Below are positions 11,216 to 20,220 of a stretch of 64,000 bases of DNA, one piece after another. Numbering within the stretch: the first letter of the stretch is position 1; every line of letters begins with the position of its first letter. Source of the DNA: Mycobacteriales bacterium (GTDB lineage: Bacteria > Actinomycetota > Actinomycetes > Mycobacteriales > SCTD01). Location of the stretch: positions 20,926 through 84,925 of the forward strand of contig JBBDWV010000049.1 in the NCBI GenBank assembly GCA_040902655.1, in the 5' to 3' direction. Both the position numbers and the translations under genes were made by a program. Under the pieces are notes generated by a model. It saw only the letters and a list, made by a program, of their open reading frames with translations, ran no database searches and was not told the DNA's origin.

Positions 11216-12622
11216 GTGACGAGCGCCGCCCCTGCACCCACGACGGTTGCCGGGCTGCGCGCCGCCGGCCATGTCCACAAGACGGTCAAGGCCGAGGTAC
11301 GCGACAACCTGCTCGCCCGGCTGTCCGCCGGCCTGACCGCCTTCCCCGGGATCCTCGGCTTCGACGAGACCGTCCTGCCGCAGGTCGAGCGCGCGTTGCT
11401 CGCCGGTCACGACCTGGTGCTGCTGGGCGAGCGCGGTCAGGGCAAGACCCGCCTCATCCGCACCCTGGTGGGGCTGCTCGACGAGTGGACGCCGGTGCTG
11501 GCCGGCTCCGAGCTGAACGAGCACCCGTACTCCCCGATCACCCCCGCCGGCCGCCGGGTGGTCGCGGAGCTCGGCGACCACACGCCGGTCGAGTGGCGGC
11601 ACCGCAGCGAGCGCTACGGCGAGAAGCTCGCCACCCCCGACACCTCCGTCGGAGACCTCATCGGCGACATCGACCCGATCAAGGTCGCCGAGGGCCGCAC
11701 GCTCGGTGACCCGGAGACCGTCCACTACGGGCTGGTCCCCCGCACCAACCGCGGCATCTTCAGCGTCAACGAGCTGCCCGACCTCGCCGAACGCATCCAG
11801 GTGGCGCTGCTGAACGTCATGGAGGAGCGCGACATCCAGGTCCGCGGCTACACCCTGCGGCTGCCGCTGGACCTGCTCCTGGTCGCCAGCGCGAACCCGG
11901 AGGACTACACCAACCGCGGCCGCATCATCACCCCGCTCAAGGACCGCTTCGGCGCGGAGGTGCGCACCCACTACCCGCTCGAGCTGGCCGACGAGGTCGG
12001 CCTGATCACCCAGGAGGCGCAGCTGAGCTGGCCCGGGACGAGCGTGACGGTTCCGGAACACCTGCTCGAGATCGTCGCCCGCTGGACCCGGCTGGTGCGC
12101 GAGTCGCCGCAGGTGGACCGGCGGTCCGGCGTCAGCGCCCGCTTCGCCGTGGCGGCCGCCGAGACCGTCGCCGCCTCCGCCGTCCGCCGCGCCGCCGTCA
12201 CCGGCGAACCGCAGGCGGTCGCGCGGGTCTGCGACCTGCCGTCCGTCGTGGCCGCCGCCCGCGGCAAGGTGGAGTTCGAGTCCGCCGAGGAAGGGCGCGA
12301 GATCGAGGTCCTCGCGCACCTGCTCCGCAGGGCCACCGCCGACACCTTCCGGGCCCGGCTCGCCGGGCTCGACCTGTCCGGGCTGCAGGCCCGCTTCGAG
12401 CAGGGCGGCACCGTCGAGACCGGCGATCTGGTGCCCGCCGCCGACCTGCTCGCCGGCCTCGGCCCCCTCCCGGGGCTGGCCGGGCTGCTCGCCCGGCTCG
12501 GGATCGAGCAGGAGTCGCCCGGGCTGGCCGCGGCAGCTGTCGAGCTCGCCCTGGAGGGACTGCACCTCAACCGCCGGCTGGCCAAGGACGAGGTCGGCGG
12601 CCGGACCGTCTACGGCGGCTGA
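11216..12622 (+). CDS. AAA+ ATPase, Mg-chelatase subunit I (ChlI/BchI)-like
   Basis: Walker A LLGERGQGKT, Walker B/sensor block GIFSVNELPDL..ALLNVMEERDIQVRG, then ASANPEDYTNRGRIITPLKDRF. Confidence 0.8.
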   Translation: MTSAAPAPTTVAGLRAAGHVHKTVKAEVRDNLLARLSAGLTAFPGILGFDETVLPQVERALLAGHDLVLLGERGQGKTRLIRTLVGLLDEWTPVLAGSELNEHPYSPITPAGRRVVAELGDHTPVEWRHRSERYGEKLATPDTSVGDLIGDIDPIKVAEGRTLGDPETVHYGLVPRTNRGIFSVNELPDLAERIQVALLNVMEERDIQVRGYTLRLPLDLLLVASANPEDYTNRGRIITPLKDRFGAEVRTHYPLELADEVGLITQEAQLSWPGTSVTVPEHLLEIVARWTRLVRESPQVDRRSGVSARFAVAAAETVAASAVRRAAVTGEPQAVARVCDLPSVVAAARGKVEFESAEEGREIEVLAHLLRRATADTFRARLAGLDLSGLQARFEQGGTVETGDLVPAADLLAGLGPLPGLAGLLARLGIEQESPGLAAAAVELALEGLHLNRRLAKDEVGGRTVYGG

Positions 12623-12646
12623 CGTGGCTGCCAGGAACGGCCGGGG

Positions 12647-14605
12647 ATGAGCCGCCCCTCCTTCCGCTACGGCCCCTGGTCCGGCGGGCGCGACCCGCTC
12701 GAGCCGCCGTACGACGTCGCTGCGGCGCTGGACGAGGTCGGCGAGGCGGTCCTGGACGGCGCCAGCGCCCGGCAGGCGTTGCGCGACCTGCTGCGCCGCG
12801 GTACCGACGGGCTGCGCGGCCTGGACGACCTGCGCCGCGGGGCCGCCAGACGGCAGCGCCAGGCCCGCTCCAAGGGTCAGCTCGACGGGACGCTGCAGGA
12901 GGTCCGCGAGCTGCTCGACCGGGCGCTCGGGGCCGAACGCCGGGAGCTGTTCCCCGATCCCTCCGACACCGCCCGGATGCGCGAACTCGAGCTCGACACG
13001 CTGCCGGACGACACCGCGCGGGCCGTGCAGGCTCTGCGGCCCTACGAGTGGCGCAGCGCCGAGGCGCGGGAGGCGTACGAGGCGATCGACGACCTGCTGC
13101 GCCGGGAGGTGCTGGACAGCCAGTTCCGCGGCATGAAGGCCGCGCTCGAGAACACCGATCCCGCCGCGCTGCAGGCCGTCAAGGACATGCTCGCCGACCT
13201 CAACGCGATGCTGGCGGCCGACGCGCGCGGGGAGCACACGCAGGAGCAGTTCGAGGCGTTCATGGCCGAGCACGGCGACTTCTTCCCTTCGGAGCCGGAG
13301 ACGCTGGAGGAGCTCGTCGACGACCTCGCCCGCCGGGCCGCCGCCCAGCAGCGGCTGATGGAATCCCTGACGCCGCAGCAGCGCCAGGAGCTGGCCGAGC
13401 TGATGCAGGGCGCGATGGACCTGGACCTGCAGGCGCAGATGTCCCAGCTCGGCGACGCGCTGCGCAGCGCGCGGCCAGACCTGCCCTGGGGTGGTCGCGA
13501 GCGGATGCGCGGCGAGCAGGGACTGGGCATGGGTGACGCCACCACGGCGCTCGAGGAGCTGGCCGATCTCGACGACCTCGCGGCGGCGCTCGGCCAGGAC
13601 TACCCCGGCGCGTCGCTCGACGACATCGACGAGGCCGCCGTGCAGCGTGCGCTGGGTCGCGGCGCCGTGGACGACCTCGCCGCGCTGCGCCGGATCGAGC
13701 GCGAACTACTCGAGCAGGGCTACCTCGTACGTGACAGCCGCGGCCGGCTCGAGCTGAGCCCGCGGGCGGTGCGCCGGCTCGGCGCGACCGCGCTGCGCAA
13801 GGTGTTCGCACGGCTCGAGGCGGCTGGGCGCGGCGGGCACGACGTGCACGACGCCGGCGCCGCCGGTGAGGTCACGGGCGCGAGCCGCGCCTGGCAGTTC
13901 GGCGACGAGCAGCCGCTCGACGTCGTCCGTACGGTACGCAACGCCGTCCTGCGCAGCGGTCCGGCCGGGTCCGGCATCCGGCTGAGCGTGGACGACTTCG
14001 AGGTGGTCGAGACCGAGCGGCGGACCCGCGCAGCGGTCGCGCTGCTGGTCGACCTGTCCTTCTCGATGGAGCTGCGGGGCGCCTGGGGCACGGCCAAGTC
14101 GACGGCGCTGGCGCTGCATGCACTGGTGACCACGAAGTACCCGCAGGACGCGATCTCGATCATCGGCTTCAGCGACTATGCGCAGATCCTCACGCCGGAG
14201 CGGCTGGCCGGTCTGGACGCCCAGCGGGTCCAGGGCACCAACCTCCAGCACGCCCTGGTCCTGGCCGGGCGGCACCTCGCTCAGCACCCTGACGCGGAGC
14301 CGGTGATCCTGGTCGTCACCGACGGGGAACCGACCGCCCACCTGACCCGCAGCGGCCACGCCGAGTTCTGCTGGCCGCCGCTGCCGGAGACGCTCGAGCT
14401 GACGATGGCCGAGGTCGAGCGGGTCACCCGGCGCGGCGCGACCATCAACGTCTTCCTGCTCGACGACGAGCCGCGGCTGGTGGACTTCGTGGAGCGCCTC
14501 GCCGCGCGCAACGGCGGGAGAGTGTTCGCGCCCGACCCGGCCCGGCTCGGCGAGTTCGTCGTGAGCGACTACCTGCGGGCGCGGCGCGGGCGCAGGACAC
14601 GCTAG
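12647..14605 (+). CDS. von Willebrand factor A (VWA) domain protein
   Basis: The C-terminal VWA domain has the MIDAS motif VDLSFSM, then GTN, then VTDGEPT. A long helical acidic N-terminal region precedes it. It follows the AAA+ gene by 24 nt. Confidence 0.8.
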   Translation: MSRPSFRYGPWSGGRDPLEPPYDVAAALDEVGEAVLDGASARQALRDLLRRGTDGLRGLDDLRRGAARRQRQARSKGQLDGTLQEVRELLDRALGAERRELFPDPSDTARMRELELDTLPDDTARAVQALRPYEWRSAEAREAYEAIDDLLRREVLDSQFRGMKAALENTDPAALQAVKDMLADLNAMLAADARGEHTQEQFEAFMAEHGDFFPSEPETLEELVDDLARRAAAQQRLMESLTPQQRQELAELMQGAMDLDLQAQMSQLGDALRSARPDLPWGGRERMRGEQGLGMGDATTALEELADLDDLAAALGQDYPGASLDDIDEAAVQRALGRGAVDDLAALRRIERELLEQGYLVRDSRGRLELSPRAVRRLGATALRKVFARLEAAGRGGHDVHDAGAAGEVTGASRAWQFGDEQPLDVVRTVRNAVLRSGPAGSGIRLSVDDFEVVETERRTRAAVALLVDLSFSMELRGAWGTAKSTALALHALVTTKYPQDAISIIGFSDYAQILTPERLAGLDAQRVQGTNLQHALVLAGRHLAQHPDAEPVILVVTDGEPTAHLTRSGHAEFCWPPLPETLELTMAEVERVTRRGATINVFLLDDEPRLVDFVERLAARNGGRVFAPDPARLGEFVVSDYLRARRGRRTR

Positions 14606-14720
14606 AACTCGTGGCCTCGTACGGGCAGGAGCAGGAATCGGGCCGCGGGTGGCGAAATCAGCAGCCGGAACACGCTCTACGCTGGCCAGCCCGCTACCGC
14701 CACGACCTTGGAGTCACGTG

Positions 14721-15203
14721 ATGAAAAAGCCCGGCTTCTCCTTCGGCAGGTTCGGCGGCAAGGCCGGCCTGCTGTTGGCCGGGCTCGGCCTGCTGGCGAT
14801 CGGCCTCGGCTTCAACGGCGCGGCCAGCCAGCTGTCGATCCTGGCCCAGGTGCCGTACGTCGTCTCCGGCGGCCTGCTGGGCATCGCGTTGGTCGTGCTC
14901 GGCGCCGCCATGATCGTCGTCCAGGGCGCACGCGAGGACCGGGCCCTGCTCGAGGCGAAACTGGACCTGCTCACCGACGCCGTCCTCGACAGCCGGCGCA
15001 GCGCTGCCCGGCCGGGTGTCCCCACCGACCTGTCCGGCCTGGTCGTGGCGGGCTCGGCGAGCTACCACGTGCCCGGCTGTCGCCTGGTGGACGGCCGTGA
15101 GGAGATGACCTACCTCACCCCCGACGAGGCCCGCGGCCGCGACCTGAAGGCCTGCCGCGTCTGCCAGCCCGACCTCGCGTCGACCGACGTGCGGGTCCGG
15201 TAG
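14721..15203 (+). CDS. membrane protein with C-terminal Ada-like metal-binding motif
   Basis: ATG 14721 is preceded by GGAG. Two TM helices, then SYHVPGCRLVDG..TPDEARGRDLKACRVCQPD (H-x3-C...C-x2-C-x-P), which resembles the Ada Zn-binding domain. Confidence 0.65.
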   Translation: MKKPGFSFGRFGGKAGLLLAGLGLLAIGLGFNGAASQLSILAQVPYVVSGGLLGIALVVLGAAMIVVQGAREDRALLEAKLDLLTDAVLDSRRSAARPGVPTDLSGLVVAGSASYHVPGCRLVDGREEMTYLTPDEARGRDLKACRVCQPDLASTDVRVR

Positions 15204-15260
15204 CGGCATCTCGCCGCCGGCCGGGCCGCCGGTGGTCGAACCGAGGCGGGTCGACCCGAG

Positions 15261-15854
15261 CTACACCGGGGCGACGCCGATGAGTCCGTTGCGGGTGACC
15301 AGTCCGGCAAGCGCCTGCTCGTCGAGTCCCTCGGTGCCGGCCGGCCGGCGTGGCAGCACCATGTGCCGTGTCTCCGCGGTGGCGTCCCAGACCGTCACCT
15401 CGACGTCGACCGGCAGGTCGTACCCGAACTCCCGCAGGACGCCACGCGGGTCGCGCACGACGCGTGAGCGGTAGCCCTCGCTCTTGTACCAGGTGGGCGA
15501 CGGACCGAGCAGGGCGATCGGGTAGCAGGAGCACAGCGTGCAGACGATGACGTTGTGCCGCGTCCCGGTGTTCTCGACGACCTCGAGCCGCTGCTCCTGC
15601 AGGCCGCCGCCCATCGAGAGCCCGAGCTCTGGGAGAGCGGCGTTCGCATCGACGAGCAGCCGCTCGCGGAACGCGCCGTCGACCCACGCGCGCGCGACGA
15701 CGCGCGCCCCGCTCGCCGGCGACGCCCTGCTCAGGAACGCCGTCAGCGCCCGGTCGAGCTCGACGGGATCGACCAGGCCTCGGCTCTCGAGGAGGGCCTC
15801 GACGTGTCGCACCCGGGCCGCAAGGGCCGCGTCGCCGGAGGAGTGCGCGCTCAT
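15261..15854 (-). CDS. nitrile hydratase alpha subunit homolog (cobalt-type; also matches thiocyanate hydrolase gamma)
   Basis: Metal-site motif VCTLCSCYP (Thr variant, cobalt class), then WYKSEGYRSRVVRDPRGVLREFG and ETRHMVLPRRPAGTEG. ATGA overlap with the upstream gene. Confidence 0.9.
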   Translation of the reverse strand: MSAHSSGDAALAARVRHVEALLESRGLVDPVELDRALTAFLSRASPASGARVVARAWVDGAFRERLLVDANAALPELGLSMGGGLQEQRLEVVENTGTRHNVIVCTLCSCYPIALLGPSPTWYKSEGYRSRVVRDPRGVLREFGYDLPVDVEVTVWDATAETRHMVLPRRPAGTEGLDEQALAGLVTRNGLIGVAPV

Positions 15855-16132
15855 CTGACGTCCTCCTCGAGGGCGGTGAGGTAGTCCTCCCAGAGGTCGA
15901 GCACGACGTCGTGCTCCCCCTCGCCGAACAGCTCGGCGGCGCGAAAGCGGACGGCGTAGGTGGTGCTCGGCGCGGGCTCCAGGCCACGCGCCCGGTCGTC
16001 GGCGAGCGGGTGCCGACCGTGCGATCCGAGCACGGTGCCGACCGCTCCACGGGCGTACCGCGGGAGGCGGGTGTGGTGTGCGGGGTCGGCATGTCCCGTG
16101 CGCACCCGGGTGCCGGCGAGAAGATCAGGCAC
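15851..16132 (-). CDS. nitrile hydratase beta subunit, C-terminal-half homolog (separate 93-aa polypeptide)
   Basis: GTRVRTGHADPAHHTRLPRYARGAVGTV...YAVRFRAAELFGEGEHDVVLDLWEDYL is the SH3-like C-terminal half of NHase beta. The GTG start overlaps the preceding gene by 8 nt. Confidence 0.8.
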   Translation of the reverse strand: MPDLLAGTRVRTGHADPAHHTRLPRYARGAVGTVLGSHGRHPLADDRARGLEPAPSTTYAVRFRAAELFGEGEHDVVLDLWEDYLTALEEDVR

Positions 16133-16406
16133 TGACCTCCTCCTGTGTCAGCACGCCCTTCTCGACGAGCAGCGTCTGGATCGCCAGGAACCACTTCTCG
16201 TAGTACGACGACGCGAGGTACCGGTCCGGCGAAATCCGCTCGACCGCATCGCGGAACTCGTCGAGGTTGTAGATCCCGGTGCCGACGAGCGCACGGTTCA
16301 TCGCGAACACGTGGGCCTCCCAGTCCGCGTAGAACGGCGGCTCGTCGAGCTCGGGCTGGGGGAGCCCGAAGCCCTCGAGTCCTCCGACGTCGTTGATACG
16401 TGCCAT
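16125..16406 (-). CDS. nitrile hydratase beta subunit, N-terminal-half homolog (separate 93-aa polypeptide)
   Basis: MARINDVGGLEGFG...PPFYADWEAHVFAMNRAL matches the NHase beta N-terminus (MDGIHDLGG...WE.R). GGGAGG precedes ATG 16406. Confidence 0.8.
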   Translation of the reverse strand: MARINDVGGLEGFGLPQPELDEPPFYADWEAHVFAMNRALVGTGIYNLDEFRDAVERISPDRYLASSYYEKWFLAIQTLLVEKGVLTQEEVSA

Positions 16407-16449
16407 CTGCGCGCCTCCCTCGGGGCATCCTGCCATGCGCGGAGGCGGG

Positions 16450-17168
<719 letters not shown>

Positions 17169-17172
<4 letters not shown>

Positions 17173-18155
17173 GTCTGGTCCTCCTGCCGTGCGGCGGTGG
17201 TCCGGCGGCGGGCGGACGCCCGCTTCTTCGGGCGCAGCCGTTCAGTGCCACCAGCAGGCTCGGCAGGAGGCGGCGCCGGCGGCTGCGCGAACTCCTGCGT
17301 GGGGGCGTCGTCGTGCGCGTGCACCGCCTGATCGGTGAGCCGGTCGAGCTCGGCGTCGTCGGCGCTCTCCTGCGTCTGTTCGAGCGCCTCGGGCGCCTCG
17401 CCACCGAGGTAGGCGGCGACGACCTCCGGGTGGGTCTGGATGACCGACGGCTTGCCCTCGGCCAGCAGCCGGCCGAAGTTCAGCACGTAGACGTGGTCGC
17501 AGACGCGCAGCACGAGCGGCACGTGGTGTTCGATGACGAGCATCGTCAGCTCGAACTCCCGGCGCAGCGTCAGCAGCCGATCGCCCAGCTCGTCTGACTC
17601 CTCGGGTCCCATGCCCGACGTCGGTTCGTCCAGCAGCAGGATGTCCGGGTCGGTCGCGAGCGCACAGCCCAGCTCGAGCAGCTTGAGCGTGCCGTAGGAC
17701 TGCCCACCGACCTGCATGTCGCGGATGTCGGCCAGCCCCAGCAGGTCCAGGATCGCCTCGGCCTTGGCCTGCAGTTGACGCTCGGTGCGTAGCGACCGGC
17801 CGCTACCGAGCAGGCCACTGGCCACGTCGTAGTCGACCTTGGCGTGCTGGGCGGTCTTGAGGTTCTCGAGCGCGGTGGCGCTCTTGACCATGCCAACGTT
17901 CTGGAACGTCCGGCCGAAGCCCATGGCGGCCTTGACGTGCGGCGGCGCGTTCGTGACGTCGCTACCGCGGTAGCTGACTCTGCCGGTGTTCGGCGTGTAG
18001 AAGCCGGTGATGCAGTTGAAGGCCGTCGTCTTGCCGGCGCCGTTCGGGCCGATCAGGCCGACGATCTCGTACTCGTTGACCTCGAGGTTGACGTCCTGGA
18101 GCGCCTGCAGGCCGCCGAAGCGGATCGACAGGTCGCGGACCTCAAGCACGGACAT
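17169..18155 (-). CDS. ABC transporter ATPase (LivG-type) with about 70-aa low-complexity C-terminal tail
   Basis: GPNGAGKTT, FQNVGMV, LLLDEPTSG, and the branched-chain C-terminal block PEVVAAYLG. An acidic/Pro-rich tail ending in a basic stretch (KKRASARRRTTAARQ) follows. Confidence 0.9.
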
Positions 18156-19275
18156 GGGAGCCCTCCGCCGTTCCGGGTCCGGATTCCTTGCCGGCGTGCA
18201 GCATGGTCTGCAACGAGAAGGGTTTGCCGGAGAGCCAGTCCAGCGCCCACTTGGTCTGCTGGGCCAGGCCGCCGGGGAACAGCACCAGGGTGATCAGCAG
18301 CAGGAACGCCCCGATGAACTGCGGCGCGAACTGCTGCAGGTTGCTGGTCCGGAAGATGAACTCCTCCACCGCGTGGACCGGAGTCTCCTCCAGGATGTAG
18401 CCGATCGCGGCGAAGAAGGACGAGCCCATGATGACGCCGATCCGGTTGCCCAGCCCGCCGACGACGGTCATCAGGACGAAGGTCAGCGCGAGGAAGAAAC
18501 CGAAGCCCGACGCGCTGACGATCTCGATGCGGAAGGCGAACAACGCGCCGGCGACGCCGGCGAGGGAGCCGGACAGCACGAAGGCGATGAGCTTGAACAG
18601 AGTGACATTGACGCCGAAGGCCTCCGCCACCCGCTCGTTCTCCTTCAGCGCGAGCAGCGCCCGGCCGGTCTTGCTCTTCATCAGCCGCCAGTCGAGGTAG
18701 ACCGCGGCGGCGAGGAACACCAGGCAGAACAGGTAGAAGTTGCCGTTGTCGAACAGGAACTCCGGCCGCTCGGCCGGCTGTCCGGCGCCGCCGTTGGTGA
18801 ACCTGGGCACCTCGAAGAGGGAGGCCTCCAGGGTCAGGCCGAAGACCAGGGTGATCAGCGCGAGGTAGAGGCCGGTGATGCGCAGGGCGACGATGCCGAT
18901 GAGGAAGGCGAACAGCCCACCCACCGCCGCCGCGATGACGAAGGTTGCGGCGAACGGCACGCCCTGCACGGTCAGGCTGTAGGCCGCGGCGAAGGCCCCC
19001 ACGCCGAAGAAGCCCTGGTGGCCGAGCGAGAGCTGTCCGGTGTAGCCGATGATGATGTTCAGGCTCAGCCCGACGATCGAGTAGATCGCCGCGTCGGCCG
19101 CGATCGGGGCGTAGACCTCGCTGTCCGGCACGAGCACGAGCAGCCAGTAGGCGAGCAACAGGTAGACGACCGCCCGCGGGACCCAGCGCAGCGGCCCGAA
19201 GTCCCTGCCGGCCGCGCCGTGCCGCGGCCTGACGTCCTCCACACCGGTCGGGCGTTGCGTGATCGTGGTCATCAT
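18142..19275 (-). CDS. ABC transporter permease (LivM-type)
   Basis: ORF trimmed to ATG 19275 (MMTTITQ), with an ATGA overlap onto the LivH-type stop. GYTGQLSLGHQGFFGVGAF motif. Confidence 0.9.
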   Translation of the reverse strand: MMTTITQRPTGVEDVRPRHGAAGRDFGPLRWVPRAVVYLLLAYWLLVLVPDSEVYAPIAADAAIYSIVGLSLNIIIGYTGQLSLGHQGFFGVGAFAAAYSLTVQGVPFAATFVIAAAVGGLFAFLIGIVALRITGLYLALITLVFGLTLEASLFEVPRFTNGGAGQPAERPEFLFDNGNFYLFCLVFLAAAVYLDWRLMKSKTGRALLALKENERVAEAFGVNVTLFKLIAFVLSGSLAGVAGALFAFRIEIVSASGFGFFLALTFVLMTVVGGLGNRIGVIMGSSFFAAIGYILEETPVHAVEEFIFRTSNLQQFAPQFIGAFLLLITLVLFPGGLAQQTKWALDWLSGKPFSLQTMLHAGKESGPGTAEGSHVRA

Positions 19276-20201
19276 GCCTGCTTGCCGAGCAGGCCGGCCG
19301 GCCTGACGAGGAGCACGGCCAGCAGCGTCACGAACAGCACCACACTGCCGGAGCCCGGCAGGATGTCCTTGCTGATGTTGGCCTGGGCCAGCGCCTCGAC
19401 CACGCCGATGACGACACCACCCAGGAACGCGCCCGGCAGGCTGGTGATCCCGCCGAACACCGCGGCCGTGAACGCCGGGATCAGCGCCAGACCGGTCAGC
19501 GCGCCGGGGGCGATGACGCCGTTGCTGCCCGAGAGCAGGATCCCGGCGACCCCACCCAGCAGACCGGCAATGCCCCACGTCAGCGCGGAGATGCGGCGGA
19601 CGCTGATGCCCACCAGCTGGGTGGCGGTCGGCTCCTGTGACACCGCGATGATGGCCGTGCCCGTCCGGGTGCGGCTGAAGAACAGCGCCGAGGCGGCCGC
19701 CAGCACCGTCAGGACGACGACGATGACGCCCTGCTGTCGGGTGATCCGCACCGCGCCGGTGTTGACGAGATCGCCGCCGACCAGTGGCGGGAAGCTGCCC
19801 GGCTCGGCCCCGTTGAGGAAGCCCTGGATCGCGATCAGCAGCAACGCCACGCCCGCGGTGGCCACGACCAGCGTGACCTTCGGGGCGTTGAACAGCGGCC
19901 GGACCACGAGGAACTCGGTGAGCAGTCCGATGCCGACGCCGACGAGCAGCCCGAACACCACGGCGGCCCCGAGTGGCATCTGCGGCAGGAAGCCGGTGCC
20001 GTTGACGGCGAACAGGGTGGCGAAGGCGGCGCTGGTGCCGAACTCCGCCTGGGCGAAGTTGAAGATCCGGTTGCTCTTGTAGAGCAGCACCAGACCCAGC
20101 CCCAGCAGCCCGTAGACCGCTCCCTGGATGGCCCCGGAGATGGCCGGGCCGACGACGGACAGCGCCTGTGGCTCGAGCGCCATCAGCACAGGGACACGCA
20201 C
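19272..20201 (-). CDS. ABC transporter permease (LivH-type)
   Basis: GAVYGLLGLGLVLLYKSNRIFNFAQAEFG is the typical LivH N-terminal block. An alternative ATG start lies at 20183. Confidence 0.9.
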   Translation of the reverse strand: MRVPVLMALEPQALSVVGPAISGAIQGAVYGLLGLGLVLLYKSNRIFNFAQAEFGTSAAFATLFAVNGTGFLPQMPLGAAVVFGLLVGVGIGLLTEFLVVRPLFNAPKVTLVVATAGVALLLIAIQGFLNGAEPGSFPPLVGGDLVNTGAVRITRQQGVIVVVLTVLAAASALFFSRTRTGTAIIAVSQEPTATQLVGISVRRISALTWGIAGLLGGVAGILLSGSNGVIAPGALTGLALIPAFTAAVFGGITSLPGAFLGGVVIGVVEALAQANISKDILPGSGSVVLFVTLLAVLLVRPAGLLGKQA

Positions 20202-20220
20202 CCCTCAGCAGTCGGGTGTG

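Noticed and set aside
16125-16132. Treating the split NHase beta as a pseudogene or frameshift.
   Set aside because: - Both halves are intact ORFs of equal size, with a start codon overlapping the preceding stop.
- The arrangement matches known three-subunit family members (ToyJKL, SCNase).
- A sequencing error remains formally possible and is listed as a refutation test.
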